Shown here piece by piece: positions 1 through 11,957 of a stretch of DNA of 64,000 bases. The translations under genes were made by a program, and so were the position numbers. Position 1 is the first letter of the stretch. Each line of letters begins with the position of its first letter. The stretch comes from Octopus vulgaris (taxonomy: Eukaryota), in NCBI GenBank assembly GCA_951406725.2, contig OX597819.1, positions 50,592,001 through 50,656,000 of the forward strand, in the 5' to 3' direction. Below the pieces are notes generated by a model. The model did no database searches. It worked only from the letters and a program-made list of their open reading frames with translations, and had not been told where the DNA came from.

Positions 1-202
1 AAGTCAACCTCACAGGATTTGAACTGAGAAAAAAAAAGTGCTGGGACACATACAGCAATGCATTTTATCTGACGCTCCCATGATTCTGCTAACAATTGTA
101 ATAATAATCGTTTCTGCTAAAGGCACAAAGGCCTGAAATTTGGAGCAAGGGGACTAGTCAATTACATTAACCCCAGTGTTTCACTGGTACTTAATTTATC
201 GA

Positions 203-434
203 AAGGTGGCGAGCTGGCAGAAGCGTTAGCACGACGGGCGAAATGCTTTGTGGTATTTCGTCCGCCGGTGCGTTCTGAGTTCAAATTCCACCGAGGTCGA
301 CTTTACCTTTCATCCTTTCGGGTCGATGAATTAAGTACCAGTTACGCACTGGGGTTGATGTAATCGACCTTCTCCGTGTGTCTGTCCTTGTTTGTCCTCT
401 CTGTGTTTAGCCCCTTGTGGGTAGTAAAGAAATA
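203..434 (+). mobile_element. tRNA-headed SINE, family 'A' (Nin/Deu-like domain), nested in an older minus-strand copy of the same family (~105-560)
   Basis: Head GGCGAGCTGGCAGAA...GAGTTCAAATTCC (A/B-box-like) then CCTTTCATCCTTTCGGGTCGAT...AAGTACCAG. 17-bp TSD GGTACTTAATTTATCGA at 186-202 and 435-451. Confidence 0.85.
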
Positions 435-811
435 GGTACTTAATTTATCGACCCCGAAAGGATGAAAAGCAAAATCGACCTCAGAGGAACTTGAACTCAG
501 AACGTGCAGGGGACGAAATGCATTTTGCTGGTTTGAATATATGAAGGTAGCAGAATGGTAGGGCTGATAGAAAAACACACTAAATATCGTATATGACAAT
601 CTATAATCTATAATTAGAGGTAAAAACCAGTTACAGTTGTCTTTGTCTAAGACCTACTACCAAGCATCGATGAAATGAGTGCCAGAACAAAAAATGAATT
701 AGCTTTGGTTAAATTAACTCTTTCTGAAGAAGTTTATAGTTCTGTGTTTAAATAAGAAACCAGTTTACACATAGTGTGAAAATACAGACACAGCCTACAT
801 AATACCGTTTA

Positions 812-926
812 GCAACGTGAAATGAAATGTTTTGCTCAAGAAGACAATGCGTCGCCCGGTCCAGGAATCGAAACCACAATCTTACGATCATGATAGTCAC
901 ACTCTAACCACTAAGCCACGCGCCTC
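812..926 (-). mobile_element. tRNA-headed SINE fragment, family 'D'
   Basis: Reverse complement GAGGCGCGTGGCTTAGTGGTTAG...GGTTTCGATTCCTGGACCGGGCG...TTGAGCAAAACATTTCATTTCACGTTGC. Related copies at ~27300-27527(-), ~45050-45360(+), ~46965-47145(-), ~54395-54697(+). Confidence 0.7.
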
Positions 927-1930
927 GACATAAAGTAAGTCAAAACTTTCGAAAAAATATTGTGTCGTTGTTGTTGCAGTTGTGGATTGGAAGAATCATA
1001 AAAGCATTCGAAAAAATGCCTTGTTGTATTTGTTCCAGCTCTTTTACATTCTCGATTCAAATCCTGTAGAGGTTGACTTAGCCTTTCATCCTACTAAGAG
1101 CGATACAATAAAGTACCAATAAAGTTCTAAGGCTGATATAATCGACAAGCACATCGCCTTGAATTTGTGGCGCTTGACCACAAACTTAAGAGGGAAGGGT
1201 TAGCCGATTATAGCAACTTCAGAAAGTATCATTATTCAATGATACAATCCAATGTTGAACATAGAACAAAATCAATTTGAATTAAAGAGCAATGAGGTAC
1301 AATGACCCTTAAATGATCTGGGAAATCAATAAATACTTGTAGTTGTTTTTGTTGTTTTTGGGTACATCACTGATCAACAGTCTTTAAATCACGACCATCT
1401 GATTCTCACCAGCACTGCATATCTAGTGTTATATTATTCAAAGTTCCAATGAAGCGCGAAATAAATTGCAGCAGACTTGGCTGCTATTTCTAGCATAACG
1501 ACCAACTGCATAGAGATCTCAATTTGGCTCATGAAAACTTTTGCTGTTGTGACTGTTTTTACTGAGTAGCCCGAGGGCATCCCTGTTCGAGTACCCCTCT
1601 CATCAAAAGTGTCGCATCCGAGACCATCGAGTTTTTCTACTGTTACACTATCCAACGGGTATTTCCTTTCCGAAGAAATTATAGTGTAATTTGAATGAAA
1701 TTTGGCCATAATTCCCAAAAGGTTGAACGACTACATATAAATTTTCTCTTTAAATCTTGTCTTGCATAACAACAAAAACAATTCGAAGTTTAAATGTATC
1801 CCGCTCAAAACTATTGATATTTTTATTGATAAAACTCCAAATACTTTTATTGACGTACAGAAAATGATTCGTTCAAACTTTGAATTAAACCCCAGTAAAG
1901 GATTCAGTTTGTCAAGAATAGGATTTAGTG

Positions 1931-2048
1931 GTTTACAGCCATATCACTTTGAAAATACCAGTTCTCGTCCGATCACCGAAGTTAAGCAAAGTCGAGCCTA
2001 GTTAGTAAATAGATGGGTGACCGCTTGAGAAACCTAGGTGCTGTAAAC
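1931..2048 (+). rRNA. Full-length 5S rRNA-like copy (variant gene or pseudogene)
   Basis: GTTTACAGCCATATCACTTTGAAAATACCAGTTCTCGTCCGATCACCGAAGTTAAGCAAAGTCGAGCCTAGTTAGTAAATAGATGGGTGACCGCTTGAGAAACCTAGGTGCTGTAAAC is 118 nt, collinear with metazoan 5S, with internal control region motifs (AGTTAAGC, GATGGGTGACC). 5' and 3' 9-mers are perfectly complementary. No oligo-T terminator follows. Confidence 0.9.
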
Positions 2049-2052
2049 GTAA

Positions 2053-2300
2053 AAGGCGGCGAGCTGGCAGAAACGTTAGCATACCGGGCGAAATGCTTTG
2101 CGGTATTTCGTCTGCTGTTACGTTCTGAGTTCAAATTCCACGGAGGTCGACTTTGCCTTTCATCCTTTTGGAGTCGATTAAATAAGTATCAGTTACGCAC
2201 TGGGGTCGATATAATCGACTTAATCCCTTTGTCTGTCCTTGTTTGTCCCCTCTATGTTTAGTCCCCTGTGGGCAATAAAGAAATAAAAAAAAGAAATAAG
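2053..2300 (+). mobile_element. SINE family A, full length
   Basis: Same head, Nin/Deu-like domain and tail as the copies at 203, 29655, 41968 and 52794. Confidence 0.9.
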
Positions 2301-2764
2301 AATAGGATTTAGTATTTCGTAAAGGTATATACATTTATCCTCGTTTATCATACGTATTTGGTTCCGAACAAGCACCGTGATAAGGGAATCAGTGATAAAG
2401 GAATAATAAATTACATGGGGAAATTAGGCTTCGATCCGAGATCACAAGTTATCTTGAGCATTGTGAATGGTTATTGTGGTACGCTTTTGCGGTCCAAGCA
2501 AAATCTTTGATTGATCGCCAATCCGTATTATCAAAGGTCAATTCTTGATAAGCGTAACCCGCTCCATAATGAGTGTAACGTTATTATCCCGGATTAGAGA
2601 TTTCTAAATCAGAAATAAACGAGAATGTATTAGCGTTCTGGTCTTTCACCTTCATTTTTATGTGTTTCTGACTTTCGAATTATTTATTTATTTATTTACA
2701 TAATTTAGTTTAAGTCACTTCATGAATTACATTTTTGCTAAAGTGAAAGTACAAAAAAAACGTA

Positions 2765-3071
2765 AACGTCGCCCTTTTCAAGCCTAGCCAGGCTCATGGG
2801 TCCGGTTTCCCGGTTTCTGTGGCGTATGTGTCCCCCCAGCTGGACGGGACGCCAGTCCATCGCAGGTTTACTCAAGAAACAGGAAGAGGGAGTGAGACAA
2901 AGTTGTGGCGAAAGAGTACAAGAGGAGTCGCCACCACCCCCTGCCGGAGCCTCGTGGAGCTTTTAGGTGTTTTCGCTCAATAAACACACACAACATCCGG
3001 TCTGGGAATCGAAACCGCGATCCTCCGACCGCGAGTTCGCTGCCCTAACCACTGGGCCATTGCGCCTCCAC
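2765..3071 (-). mobile_element. tRNA-headed SINE family 'C' with V/Meta-like 3' domain
   Basis: Reverse complement starts GTGGAGGCGCAATGGCCCAGTGGTTAGGGCAGCG...GGTTTCGATTCCC and contains CTGCGATGGACTGGCGTCCCGTCCAG. Confidence 0.8.
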
Positions 3072-3268
3072 GAAAGTACAAAAGCATGGATTTTATTGAC
3101 CAGCTTGTAAATTTAGTAGGCGCACACAAGGCAAATATGCAGCTGCCACCTGCACCAGAAAGAAGGAAAGCACTTTATTTATCGAGCTCAAAAGGATGAT
3201 GGGGATCAACTCAGATCACAGAAAAGCGGAGTGTGTGAGTGTGTGCGTACATGTATGTGTGTATCTTC

Positions 3269-3343
3269 AATACTACAACTGTTTCGAGAATTCGTACATC
3301 ACATTAGAATTATTAATATGTAAGAATCTAATCTTCAGGGTGT
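3269..3343 (-). ncRNA. Degenerate type I hammerhead ribozyme motif
   Basis: Minus strand CTGAAGA-T-[TAGATTCTTACAT...ATGTACGAATTCTC]-GAAAC-AGTT-GTA. Stem II partly paired, stem I poor. Confidence 0.6.
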
Positions 3344-3709
3344 AACTTCCATAGTACATAGAGCTATATGAGGAATATTTCATAAATTCGCCCTTCTCTA
3401 GCATATATAAATATATATATATGTGTGTGTGTGTGTGTTTGACGTGATAGTATTCTTATTTTCACCACATATATATGTACGCACGTATGTATGAAGAGAA
3501 TAAAAAATAAATATGCGAATGAGAATGATAAACAAGTCAATGAAGAATGTTTGACAAGAGAATATCTTGTCTACCACATATCCGGTTGCATGGGAGTATA
3601 ACTATCAGATTAAAAATAAATGAAGATACTGCTGTAGAATATTATAAATAATAATGCTAGTTAGCATTAATCGGGTAGACTGGCTGTTAAGTCTTCAAAG
3701 AAACATGAT

Positions 3710-3741
<32 letters not shown>

Positions 3742-3933
3742 GCAAGCACGCACATACACAGACACACACATATATGTGTACATAGGTATACGAGAACATA
3801 CGTCGGATGATTGATTTGATAAACCCACGCACAAAGACAGCAGCGTATATATTATACACACGTTCTTACACATACATACGGACACACACACATGTCTATT
3901 ATTTCCGTGTTAATTGTTAACGAGGGAAAAATA

Positions 3934-4015
<82 letters not shown>

Positions 4016-4129
4016 ATATATATATATATATATATATATAAGTATATACTTGTAATCGAACGTCATGCAGCCTTGTCTACAGTAAGTTTTTACTTTTATT
4101 TATAATTTCTGCGACTCTACTCTCTGTTT

Positions 4130-4200
<71 letters not shown>

Positions 4201-4676
4201 CTTTCTCTATCCCTCTACAATCCTCTTTATTTTCCGTTTCTCCTCACCCCCTTCTTTGCTGTCTGCCTATTTTTCTTCCACTCCCTATCATCTTACGTTC
4301 TTTCTCCCTTCTTCTTACTCCCTTTATTTCTTTCCCTCATCCTCTCTCTTGTCCCCCTTCTCCTCTGCCTGTTGGCCCCCACTTGACTATAGGCCACCTC
4401 TGTCTTTTCTGGACGTGACGTCCACATAGCTGGATGTCATTTTTCTCGCCTCCCGACAATTTTTCCCTCATTCTTTTTCTCTTCTACTATTTTCTTCTCT
4501 TCTATTTATTCTATATCCTTTCAAAATTTCTCCCATTACAATTCGTCTTGGCCTAACAGCCCTTAATGTTTGTCTTCGTCGATTGTTTACTCCGTATGTC
4601 CACTCTGTCGTTATTTGTTCGGTCGAAGCTCTAACGCTCCATAAATTTTATATTTTAAAAAATTCTGGATGCTGCA

Positions 4677-4705
4677 GTTTCGAGCCTACGCTCTTCGACA
4701 GAAAG
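4677..4705 (-). ncRNA. Compact hammerhead-like motif with CUGUCGA core, 3' side disrupted
   Basis: Minus strand CTTT-CTGTCGA-A-GAGC-GTAG-GCTC-GAAAC. Near-identical architecture to 60905-60938. Confidence 0.5.
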
Positions 4706-4784
4706 GAACACAGAAGTAAAGAGGAAGAGAAAATAGAAAAGGTTTACTGGATAGCGAGCTATCACGGCGAAGTATATATACATA

Positions 4785-4820
<36 letters not shown>

Positions 4821-4910
4821 TGTATGTATGTATGTATGTATATATATATACTCATATAAATACTCACGCTGATATACTTATATATATATACATACTTACA
4901 TACACTCATA

Positions 4911-5001
<91 letters not shown>

Positions 5002-6211
5002 ACATAATATATATATATAGTGCTATGAATGGTTCAATCTAAGGACAGTGGGCTGTGACCTACTTTGCTGGCTTGGAGACTCCCCGACCCCTTCGGGTGA
5101 ATTAGGGTTCATTGGGAGGGCTGCCCCCTTAAGTAGGCAGTTCAGTTTGTGAGAGACAGTGAGAGAAATGTGAGGGCCGAGGAAGACAGAGTAAGGAATC
5201 TGGGAGCTGTCATGAGAGATGACAGTAGATTAAGAGAGGAAGACAGGCAGATAGGGCCAAGCGGCGATAAGGAGAGAATATTAGCAGTGCTAGGGGAGAT
5301 TGGGGGTGGTGAGAGAGGAAGAGGTTTTGGCAGTCGGTATTTGGTCGTCAAAGCGAGCGGTTGGATTTAGGAGCGAGGATTTGGGATTCGGGGCAAGAGT
5401 TTGGCAAGTTGGAGTTAGCGGTGCTGAGAGAGATGAAGTGCAATATGGGACACTGGCTATTCTAGTTGGAACTAAGGTACGTGAATTGTGTATTGATATG
5501 TGAAGAAAAAGAAGGAAAAAGAATCGATGTATCGAAATGTTGAAAAGAAATGAGACAGTGAAAAGAACAATGCGAACTGTGTAAAGACATTGTGTACAGA
5601 GTTGTTGAAGAGAGAACTGTGTAATGAACATTGTATATGCCTTTAATGTGATTTGAAATAGAACTGTTGTCTCCGGACGTGTACTCTTGAATTGCTGTTG
5701 TTATTGAACTTGATGTGTTGTTACCGGACAGTTTAAATGCTTTGATCTGTGGTATACCTGTACGATGTATTGAGTTGTTACTTGCATGTCCTCTTTTAAA
5801 TGTTGTAACAATTGATTGTCATATAAACTAGTTGTTAAACGTAGCCAATTGCCTTGCCTCTTTGTGTCTCTCTCGATTGCCTCCGCTGTATCTCTGTGCC
5901 GCTGCTGTTGTTGTTGTATCTCTCTCTCCTCTCCGAGTTTCCGTGGCGAACATTCGCTGCATCGAACGGGCCTGTGTGAGGGATTCCGTAACCTGTGTGG
6001 ATATGCGCGCGCGTCCGTGTGTGTGCGCGTGCGTATGAGTGTGTGTGTGTGTGTGTATGTGTTAATTCTGCGACTGATATTTTAATAGAATTCTAATGAT
6101 AGGAGCAGAGGATTCATTTAATGAAGGAAAAAAGAGACACAATGCTTCTAGTAGAGTCTGGCTTGAATGAGCCTTTAAGCGGAACTTAAAAATGCATTAA
6201 AAGCTAATTTT

Positions 6212-6279
<68 letters not shown>

Positions 6280-6552
6280 TACACACACACACAGAGACAA
6301 AAATATGTACAAACATATACATGCAGCTACTTGTACACACAGGTACGTACGCCTACGCATCGAGGCCAATAAATATTATTCATTGCACAAAGTATTCATT
6401 TACATTTGTGTTAATCTGGACAGCTTAAAAAGTCATCAGAACAGTTAAATCTGAATGGAAATGGTTGTTCGGTAGAAGTCTTCTACGAGTCAGTGTTTCA
6501 ATATTCCATCATCACCACGAACACGTCCAAACTTCCTTTGTCCACCGTTCAA

Positions 6553-6644
<92 letters not shown>

Positions 6645-7994
6645 GAGCACATCGAGCAGGTCGGCGAGACACTGAAAAACTACGAAGCGGTGACAGGAGC
6701 GAAAATCAACCGGGAAAAGTCAGTGGGCTTGCGACTAGGCACCTGGAGAAGCAAGCCCATGCCGTCCACCAGCGCCTCCGTCGTGGGACGCTGGACCGAC
6801 GGCCCGGTTGAGTTGCTCGGGGTCTGGTTTGGTCCGGACGTCCAAGTGGAGAAGAACTGGAACGAGATTACGAGTAGGGTGGTCACTCTCGCCCGGCAAT
6901 GGGCCGAGAGGAAACTGTCCCTAAAAGGTCGGACGGAGGTGGCGAACACGTACATCGCGTCCGTCATCTACTACCGCCTGACCGTCGTACCTTGTCCCGA
7001 CCCTACCATCACCAAACTACAACGCATTCTCTTTCGCTTCTTGTGGAAAGGATGCGTCCCGATGGTCAGGCGATCCATTTGCTGTCAACACCCATTAAAA
7101 GGAGGGCTGGGCATGCCGTGGTTGATGATGCGCAGACACGCGCTGAGACTGCGACATCTCTGGCTCTATGTAGACGACGGTGAACAGGTGTGGTCGCCGT
7201 TTGTGAGGCACGCTTTCCCGCAGCTCGTCTCCATGACCGAACTGCAGTCGTGGATCAAAAAGAGGCCGAAGAAGGGCGAATGGCACCGCGAGTGTCGCGT
7301 TGCTCTCAAGCAACTCTGCCGTCCTGGGTCGACCTTGAGTGACTTCAACACAACCAAAGCATTCTATAGGGGTTTAGTGGAGGGGAGGTACGACGACGAG
7401 CTCGGGGCGAACCTGAACGTCGACGAGGAGTACCTGACCCGCCTGTTCAGGACGACTTTCGGGCCAGGGCCCATGGACAACTTCCAGAGATCCCTGGCCT
7501 GGCAGTGCTACCGAGAAGCGCTACCCGTTCGGGATAAGCTCTACAGACACGGCTCGAGAAACACGGGGCCGACCTGCCCGAGATGCGGTCAGAGCGACGA
7601 AACCGTTCTGCACGCACTCGTGCAGTGTCCAACAATTTCCGACCTGTGGGCTTGTGTCGAACAACTGCTGTCACGTGTGGGACGAGTCGGTTTATCAGCT
7701 GAGTCTATCGTCAATATTGTCACGCCTCCCTCCTTCAAACGGGAAGGAAGAGCTATTTTCGTCATCCTTGTGGCTATGGCGAAAGAATGTATCTGGTGGA
7801 CGCGTCTGAAAGGATTGGAGACAAACACTTTCCTCTCTGGTCAATCTCTCATCAACTTCTTCAAGTACCACTTGAAAAGGAAAGTGAGAGTAGAGAGGCA
7901 AGTTTTGTCTAGCGAATGTTTTAAAAAAAGATGGGTGAATGTAGCAAGAATGGCACGTATGAATGACGAAGCCACCTTGAGCATGATCCTATGA
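6645..7994 (+). CDS. Partial ORF2: C-terminal reverse transcriptase, thumb and CCHC zinc knuckle (no genuine start codon)
   Basis: 449 uninterrupted codons with TGAKINREKS and VELLGVWFG (late RT motifs), LSLKGR, KGGLG and CPRCGQSDETVLHALVQCP, all typical of Tx1/L1 ORF2. Confidence 0.85.
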   Translation, partial: EHIEQVGETLKNYEAVTGAKINREKSVGLRLGTWRSKPMPSTSASVVGRWTDGPVELLGVWFGPDVQVEKNWNEITSRVVTLARQWAERKLSLKGRTEVANTYIASVIYYRLTVVPCPDPTITKLQRILFRFLWKGCVPMVRRSICCQHPLKGGLGMPWLMMRRHALRLRHLWLYVDDGEQVWSPFVRHAFPQLVSMTELQSWIKKRPKKGEWHRECRVALKQLCRPGSTLSDFNTTKAFYRGLVEGRYDDELGANLNVDEEYLTRLFRTTFGPGPMDNFQRSLAWQCYREALPVRDKLYRHGSRNTGPTCPRCGQSDETVLHALVQCPTISDLWACVEQLLSRVGRVGLSAESIVNIVTPPSFKREGRAIFVILVAMAKECIWWTRLKGLETNTFLSGQSLINFFKYHLKRKVRVERQVLSSECFKKRWVNVARMARMNDEATLSMIL

Positions 7995-8366
7995 ACCCAG
8001 AAATTGAAAACAGAGAGTTGCTTATTTGCAAAAAAAAAAAAAAAAGAAATATAACATGTGACTCCATTGACCGAGGTTACCGTGGTCTTTTCCGTAGGCT
8101 TTTCTTTCCACGGGTAAACCTCACCTGTCCTCCCCTTTACACTTCATATTGACATTTCTGTTATAACGATCCCTATTAATCAATTTTTTTTTCCTCTCCC
8201 CCTTTTTTTTTAACCCCCCTTTTTTTTGTCCTCTTTCTCTCCTTTTACGATCCCTTTTGATCGAAACTCCCCCTTCCTTTTTTTTTTTTTAAACCTTCAA
8301 AAGAAAAGCTCTACCTTGTAATTTGTTCTATCTGTGTGCAGCCCTGTGTGGCTAATAAAGAAACAT
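6645..8366 (+). mobile_element. 5'-truncated Tx1-like (L1 group) non-LTR retrotransposon inserted in (ATCT)n
   Basis: GC-rich island flanked by (ATCT)n at 6553-6644 and 8367-8474. Contains ORF2 C-terminal half, a 3'UTR hairpin (8073-8122) and AATAAA (8354-8359). Confidence 0.9.
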
Positions 8367-8380
8367 ATCTATCTATCTAA

Positions 8381-8474
<94 letters not shown>

Positions 8475-8574
8475 CTCAATCTATCTATCTGTCTATCTGT
8501 CTGTCTGTCTGTCTGTATGTATGTATGTATGTCTGTCTGTTTGTCTATCTATCCATCCATCCACCCATCGATCC

Positions 8575-8641
<67 letters not shown>

Positions 8642-8940
8642 GTACGCCGTCACTCACCCTCTGTCTGTATACACAAATATATATATGTGTGTGTGTGTAT
8701 GTGTGTATATACATATATATGTATACACACACACACACACACACACACAAAATCACGAATATACATGTAGGTATGATATGTATGCGGGTGTGCGCATTAA
8801 TTGGATTATTGTGGACTTAAACATAGGATCTATTTTCACAGCGAGATTACATATTCATTAAGCAAAGGACTTTAAAAAATCAAAATTCAATACATTCATT
8901 CAATACAGGCATTCACCCTCATAAATACCCCCATGCTCCC

Positions 8941-8990
<50 letters not shown>

Positions 8991-9078
8991 CTTATATATA
9001 TATATACGTATACAAATATACATATATATACATTCATTTGTATACATATATATATACACACATATATATCCACATATA

Positions 9079-9140
<62 letters not shown>

Positions 9141-9150
9141 TGCATACATA

Positions 9151-9330
9151 TGTAGCTTGCCTACGAACCACATGGTTCCGATTTCAGTCCCACTGCGTGG
9201 CACCTTTGGCAAGTGTTTTCTACTATAGCCTCGGGCCGACCAAAGCCTTGTGAGGGGATTTTGTAGACGGAAACTGAAAGAAGTCCGTCGTATATATGCA
9301 TATATGTGTGTGTATATATGTTTGTGTGTT

Positions 9331-9393
<63 letters not shown>

Positions 9394-9653
9394 GGAGATA
9401 GATAGATATATAGATAAATAGATAGATAGATATATACACACACACATACACACACACAAACACAAAAACACACTAACACACGCACACATATTCTTTTACT
9501 TGTTTCAGTTAATTTACTGTGCTATGCTGGAGCACCGCCTGAAAGGGTATTGGTTAAAGAAATCGACCTCAGGACTTCTTCTTTGTAAGCCTAGAAGTTA
9601 TTCTGTCGGTATGTTTTGCCGAACCGCTATCTTACGGGTACATAAACACGCCA

Positions 9654-9656
<3 letters not shown>
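9151..9656. mobile_element. SINE family 'B' (tRNA head + CORE-like domain): head on +, tail on -
   Basis: Head and CORE-like GTGGCACCTTTGGCAAGTG at 9151-9290 (+). Family tail reverse-complemented at ~9490-9656. Confidence 0.7.
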
Positions 9657-9740
<84 letters not shown>

Positions 9741-9741
<1 letters not shown>

Positions 9742-10250
9742 TAGCAGTATCGCCCGGCGTTGCTCGGGTTTGTAAGGGAAATAACTATATAAGCATTTTT
9801 AGAGAGTTACTTCCCTTATAGATGCCAATTCGGGCTTTCTTAGCCATTTCTGTTTTGGTGTCTTCAAGCCATGAAGTCGTTGTTCTAAAAGAACGCTGGT
9901 CTTCTTCACAACGCTTTACGACGTTGATTTCCTTACACTCCCTTCCCCACAGCTTCACGAGGGAGGGAAGAAGGGGGAGAACACAGGTGCAGGTGTGACC
10001 ATGGACGCCAACTCCGCCGCCATCGACACACGAAAAATTGTGCATTAAAATGGAATAAAAAATGATGTTAAATTATTTTTAAAATCGTAGACTCATCGTA
10101 GACGCGCGCTAATACTCAGACGGGCTCGATATGAATCACGACTATAAGATACCCGAATTTGGTTAAACTGCACCGCAAAATGTGGGAGTAGTTAGGAATC
10201 TAAATCGAAGGGGACAGACACTCACACAACTGCAGTTTTATATATATATA
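9741..10250 (-). mobile_element. Non-autonomous Helitron-like element inserted in (TA)n
   Basis: Minus-strand 3' end CCCGAGCAACGCCGGG hairpin followed 8 nt later by CTAG then T. Other end is TATATAAAACTG running into (TA)n; the 5' TC is not visible. Confidence 0.7.
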
Positions 10251-10996
10251 TATATATATAATAGGGTGCCGAACTGAAACGTAATCCAAATGTATTACTG
10301 TGAAATTTAGACATTCTTCACATTTCCCATCGCAGAATTCTTGTAGGTGGAATGTTAATAAAAAAATGCTTTCAGAAACACGTTTTCAATGATAAAAAAA
10401 AAATGATCATTGAAAGCATATTTCAATGGTCATAATGCTTCAAGAATGCTGCTTTTTAATTTTCCGGTTGTTCTTTCGCTTAGGTTTTCTCGACAATTTT
10501 TTTTTATTCGTAGATCACATTAATTACTATTTTCTTCTGGTAGACCCCCCATAACCATTCCATGTTTAAAATCTAGATTTACAGAAATGCTTTTCAAAAT
10601 TCTTTTTTTTTTGTTTTTCCTCATATTCACTTGTGTAAAACGTTAGAGAAAGAAGCCTAACTGTTTCTTGCAATACATACGAACATATACATCTGAAGCG
10701 AAATTTTTTCAGGGACCTTTCAAATTCTATTTTGGATTCCTAATTTACTATTTTGCTGCATAGACCCCAAAAATCTTATATGGATCCTCAAGAGCCATAT
10801 GGACCCTGGGTGAGAACCACTGGTTTAGATGAATCAGATTTTATTAGGATGGATGTTATAATTTAACTAGTAATTATTTCCTTCTGCTCTTAATTCTCCA
10901 TTTTTGTTTATAGAACATATTATTCTTTATAGAATGTGTGGTTTTTAAAGAGTTTCTTGCAGCAGTTTATAGTTGGTATCGTCTTGCAGAATTTAG

Positions 10997-11150
10997 GCTG
11001 CTTACCAACCACATGGTTCTGGGTTCAGTCCCACTGCGTGGCACCCTGGGCAAGTGTCTTCTACTATACCCTCGGTCCGACCAAAGCCTTGTGAGTGGAT
11101 TTGGTAGACGGAAACTGAAGGAAGCCTGTCGTCTTTATTATGTATGTATG

Positions 11151-11228
<78 letters not shown>

Positions 11229-11505
11229 GTGTGTGTGTGTATATATGTGTATATGTTTTCGTGTCTGTGCTTGAATTATATATATTCTTTTACTTTTTTA
11301 CTCTTTCACTTGTTTCAGCCATTGAACTGCGCCATGCTACGGCAACGGCTTGAAGAGTATTAGTAGAACACATCGACTCCCAGCACTTTGGTTTTGAAGC
11401 TTGATACTTATTCTATCGGTCTCTTTTGTGAACTGCTTAGTTACAGGGACGTAGACAAACCAATACCGGTTGTCCAGCGGTGTTGGGAGACTAACACAAA
11501 CATAG
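10997..11505. mobile_element. SINE family B: head on +, tail on -
   Basis: Head at 10997-11133 (+). Reverse-complemented tail at ~11285-11505, separated by (TA)n. Confidence 0.7.
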
Positions 11506-11517
11506 CGGCACACACGT

Positions 11518-11581
<64 letters not shown>

Positions 11582-11602
11582 ATGTGTAACGTGATAGTTT
11601 AG

Positions 11603-11652
11603 AAAAAAACATTGGTTTCATATCTAGCGTGTACTAGACATTTCTTCAGATT
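11603..11652 (-). ncRNA. Hammerhead ribozyme motif with an inverted partial copy
   Basis: Minus strand CTGAAGA-A-ATGTCTAG-TACACG-CTAGATAT-GAAAC-CAAT-GTT. Partial plus-strand copy CTGAAGAAATGTCTAGT at 11671-11687. Confidence 0.6.
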
Positions 11653-11690
11653 ATCCGTGATAACCGTTCTCTGAAGAAATGTCTAGTTCA

Positions 11691-11736
<46 letters not shown>

Positions 11737-11923
11737 GCATATGTATATACATACACATTTACTTAAATGTATATGTATATATACGACGAACATCATTCAG
11801 TTTCTGTCGTCAAATCCTATACAGTGGGACTGATCCCGGGACCATACTGTCGAGAAGTTAACTTTTGACCACCACTACATCCACCACCACCACCACCACC
11901 ACCACCACCACCACCACCATCAC

Positions 11924-11957
<34 letters not shown>

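Noticed and set aside
5020-5810. Possible N-terminal remnant of a Penelope ORF on the minus strand
   Set aside because: Composition is suggestive but no diagnostic RT or GIY-YIG motif could be read.
6465-6644. N-terminal 60 aa of the 509-aa ORF
   Set aside because: Flanking DNA plus (ATCT)n that happens to be in frame, with a non-ATG start; not part of the LINE protein.
10500-10822. hAT/Charlie-like end (GAGAACCACTG)
   Set aside because: Only one terminus seen; no partner TIR or TSD found.
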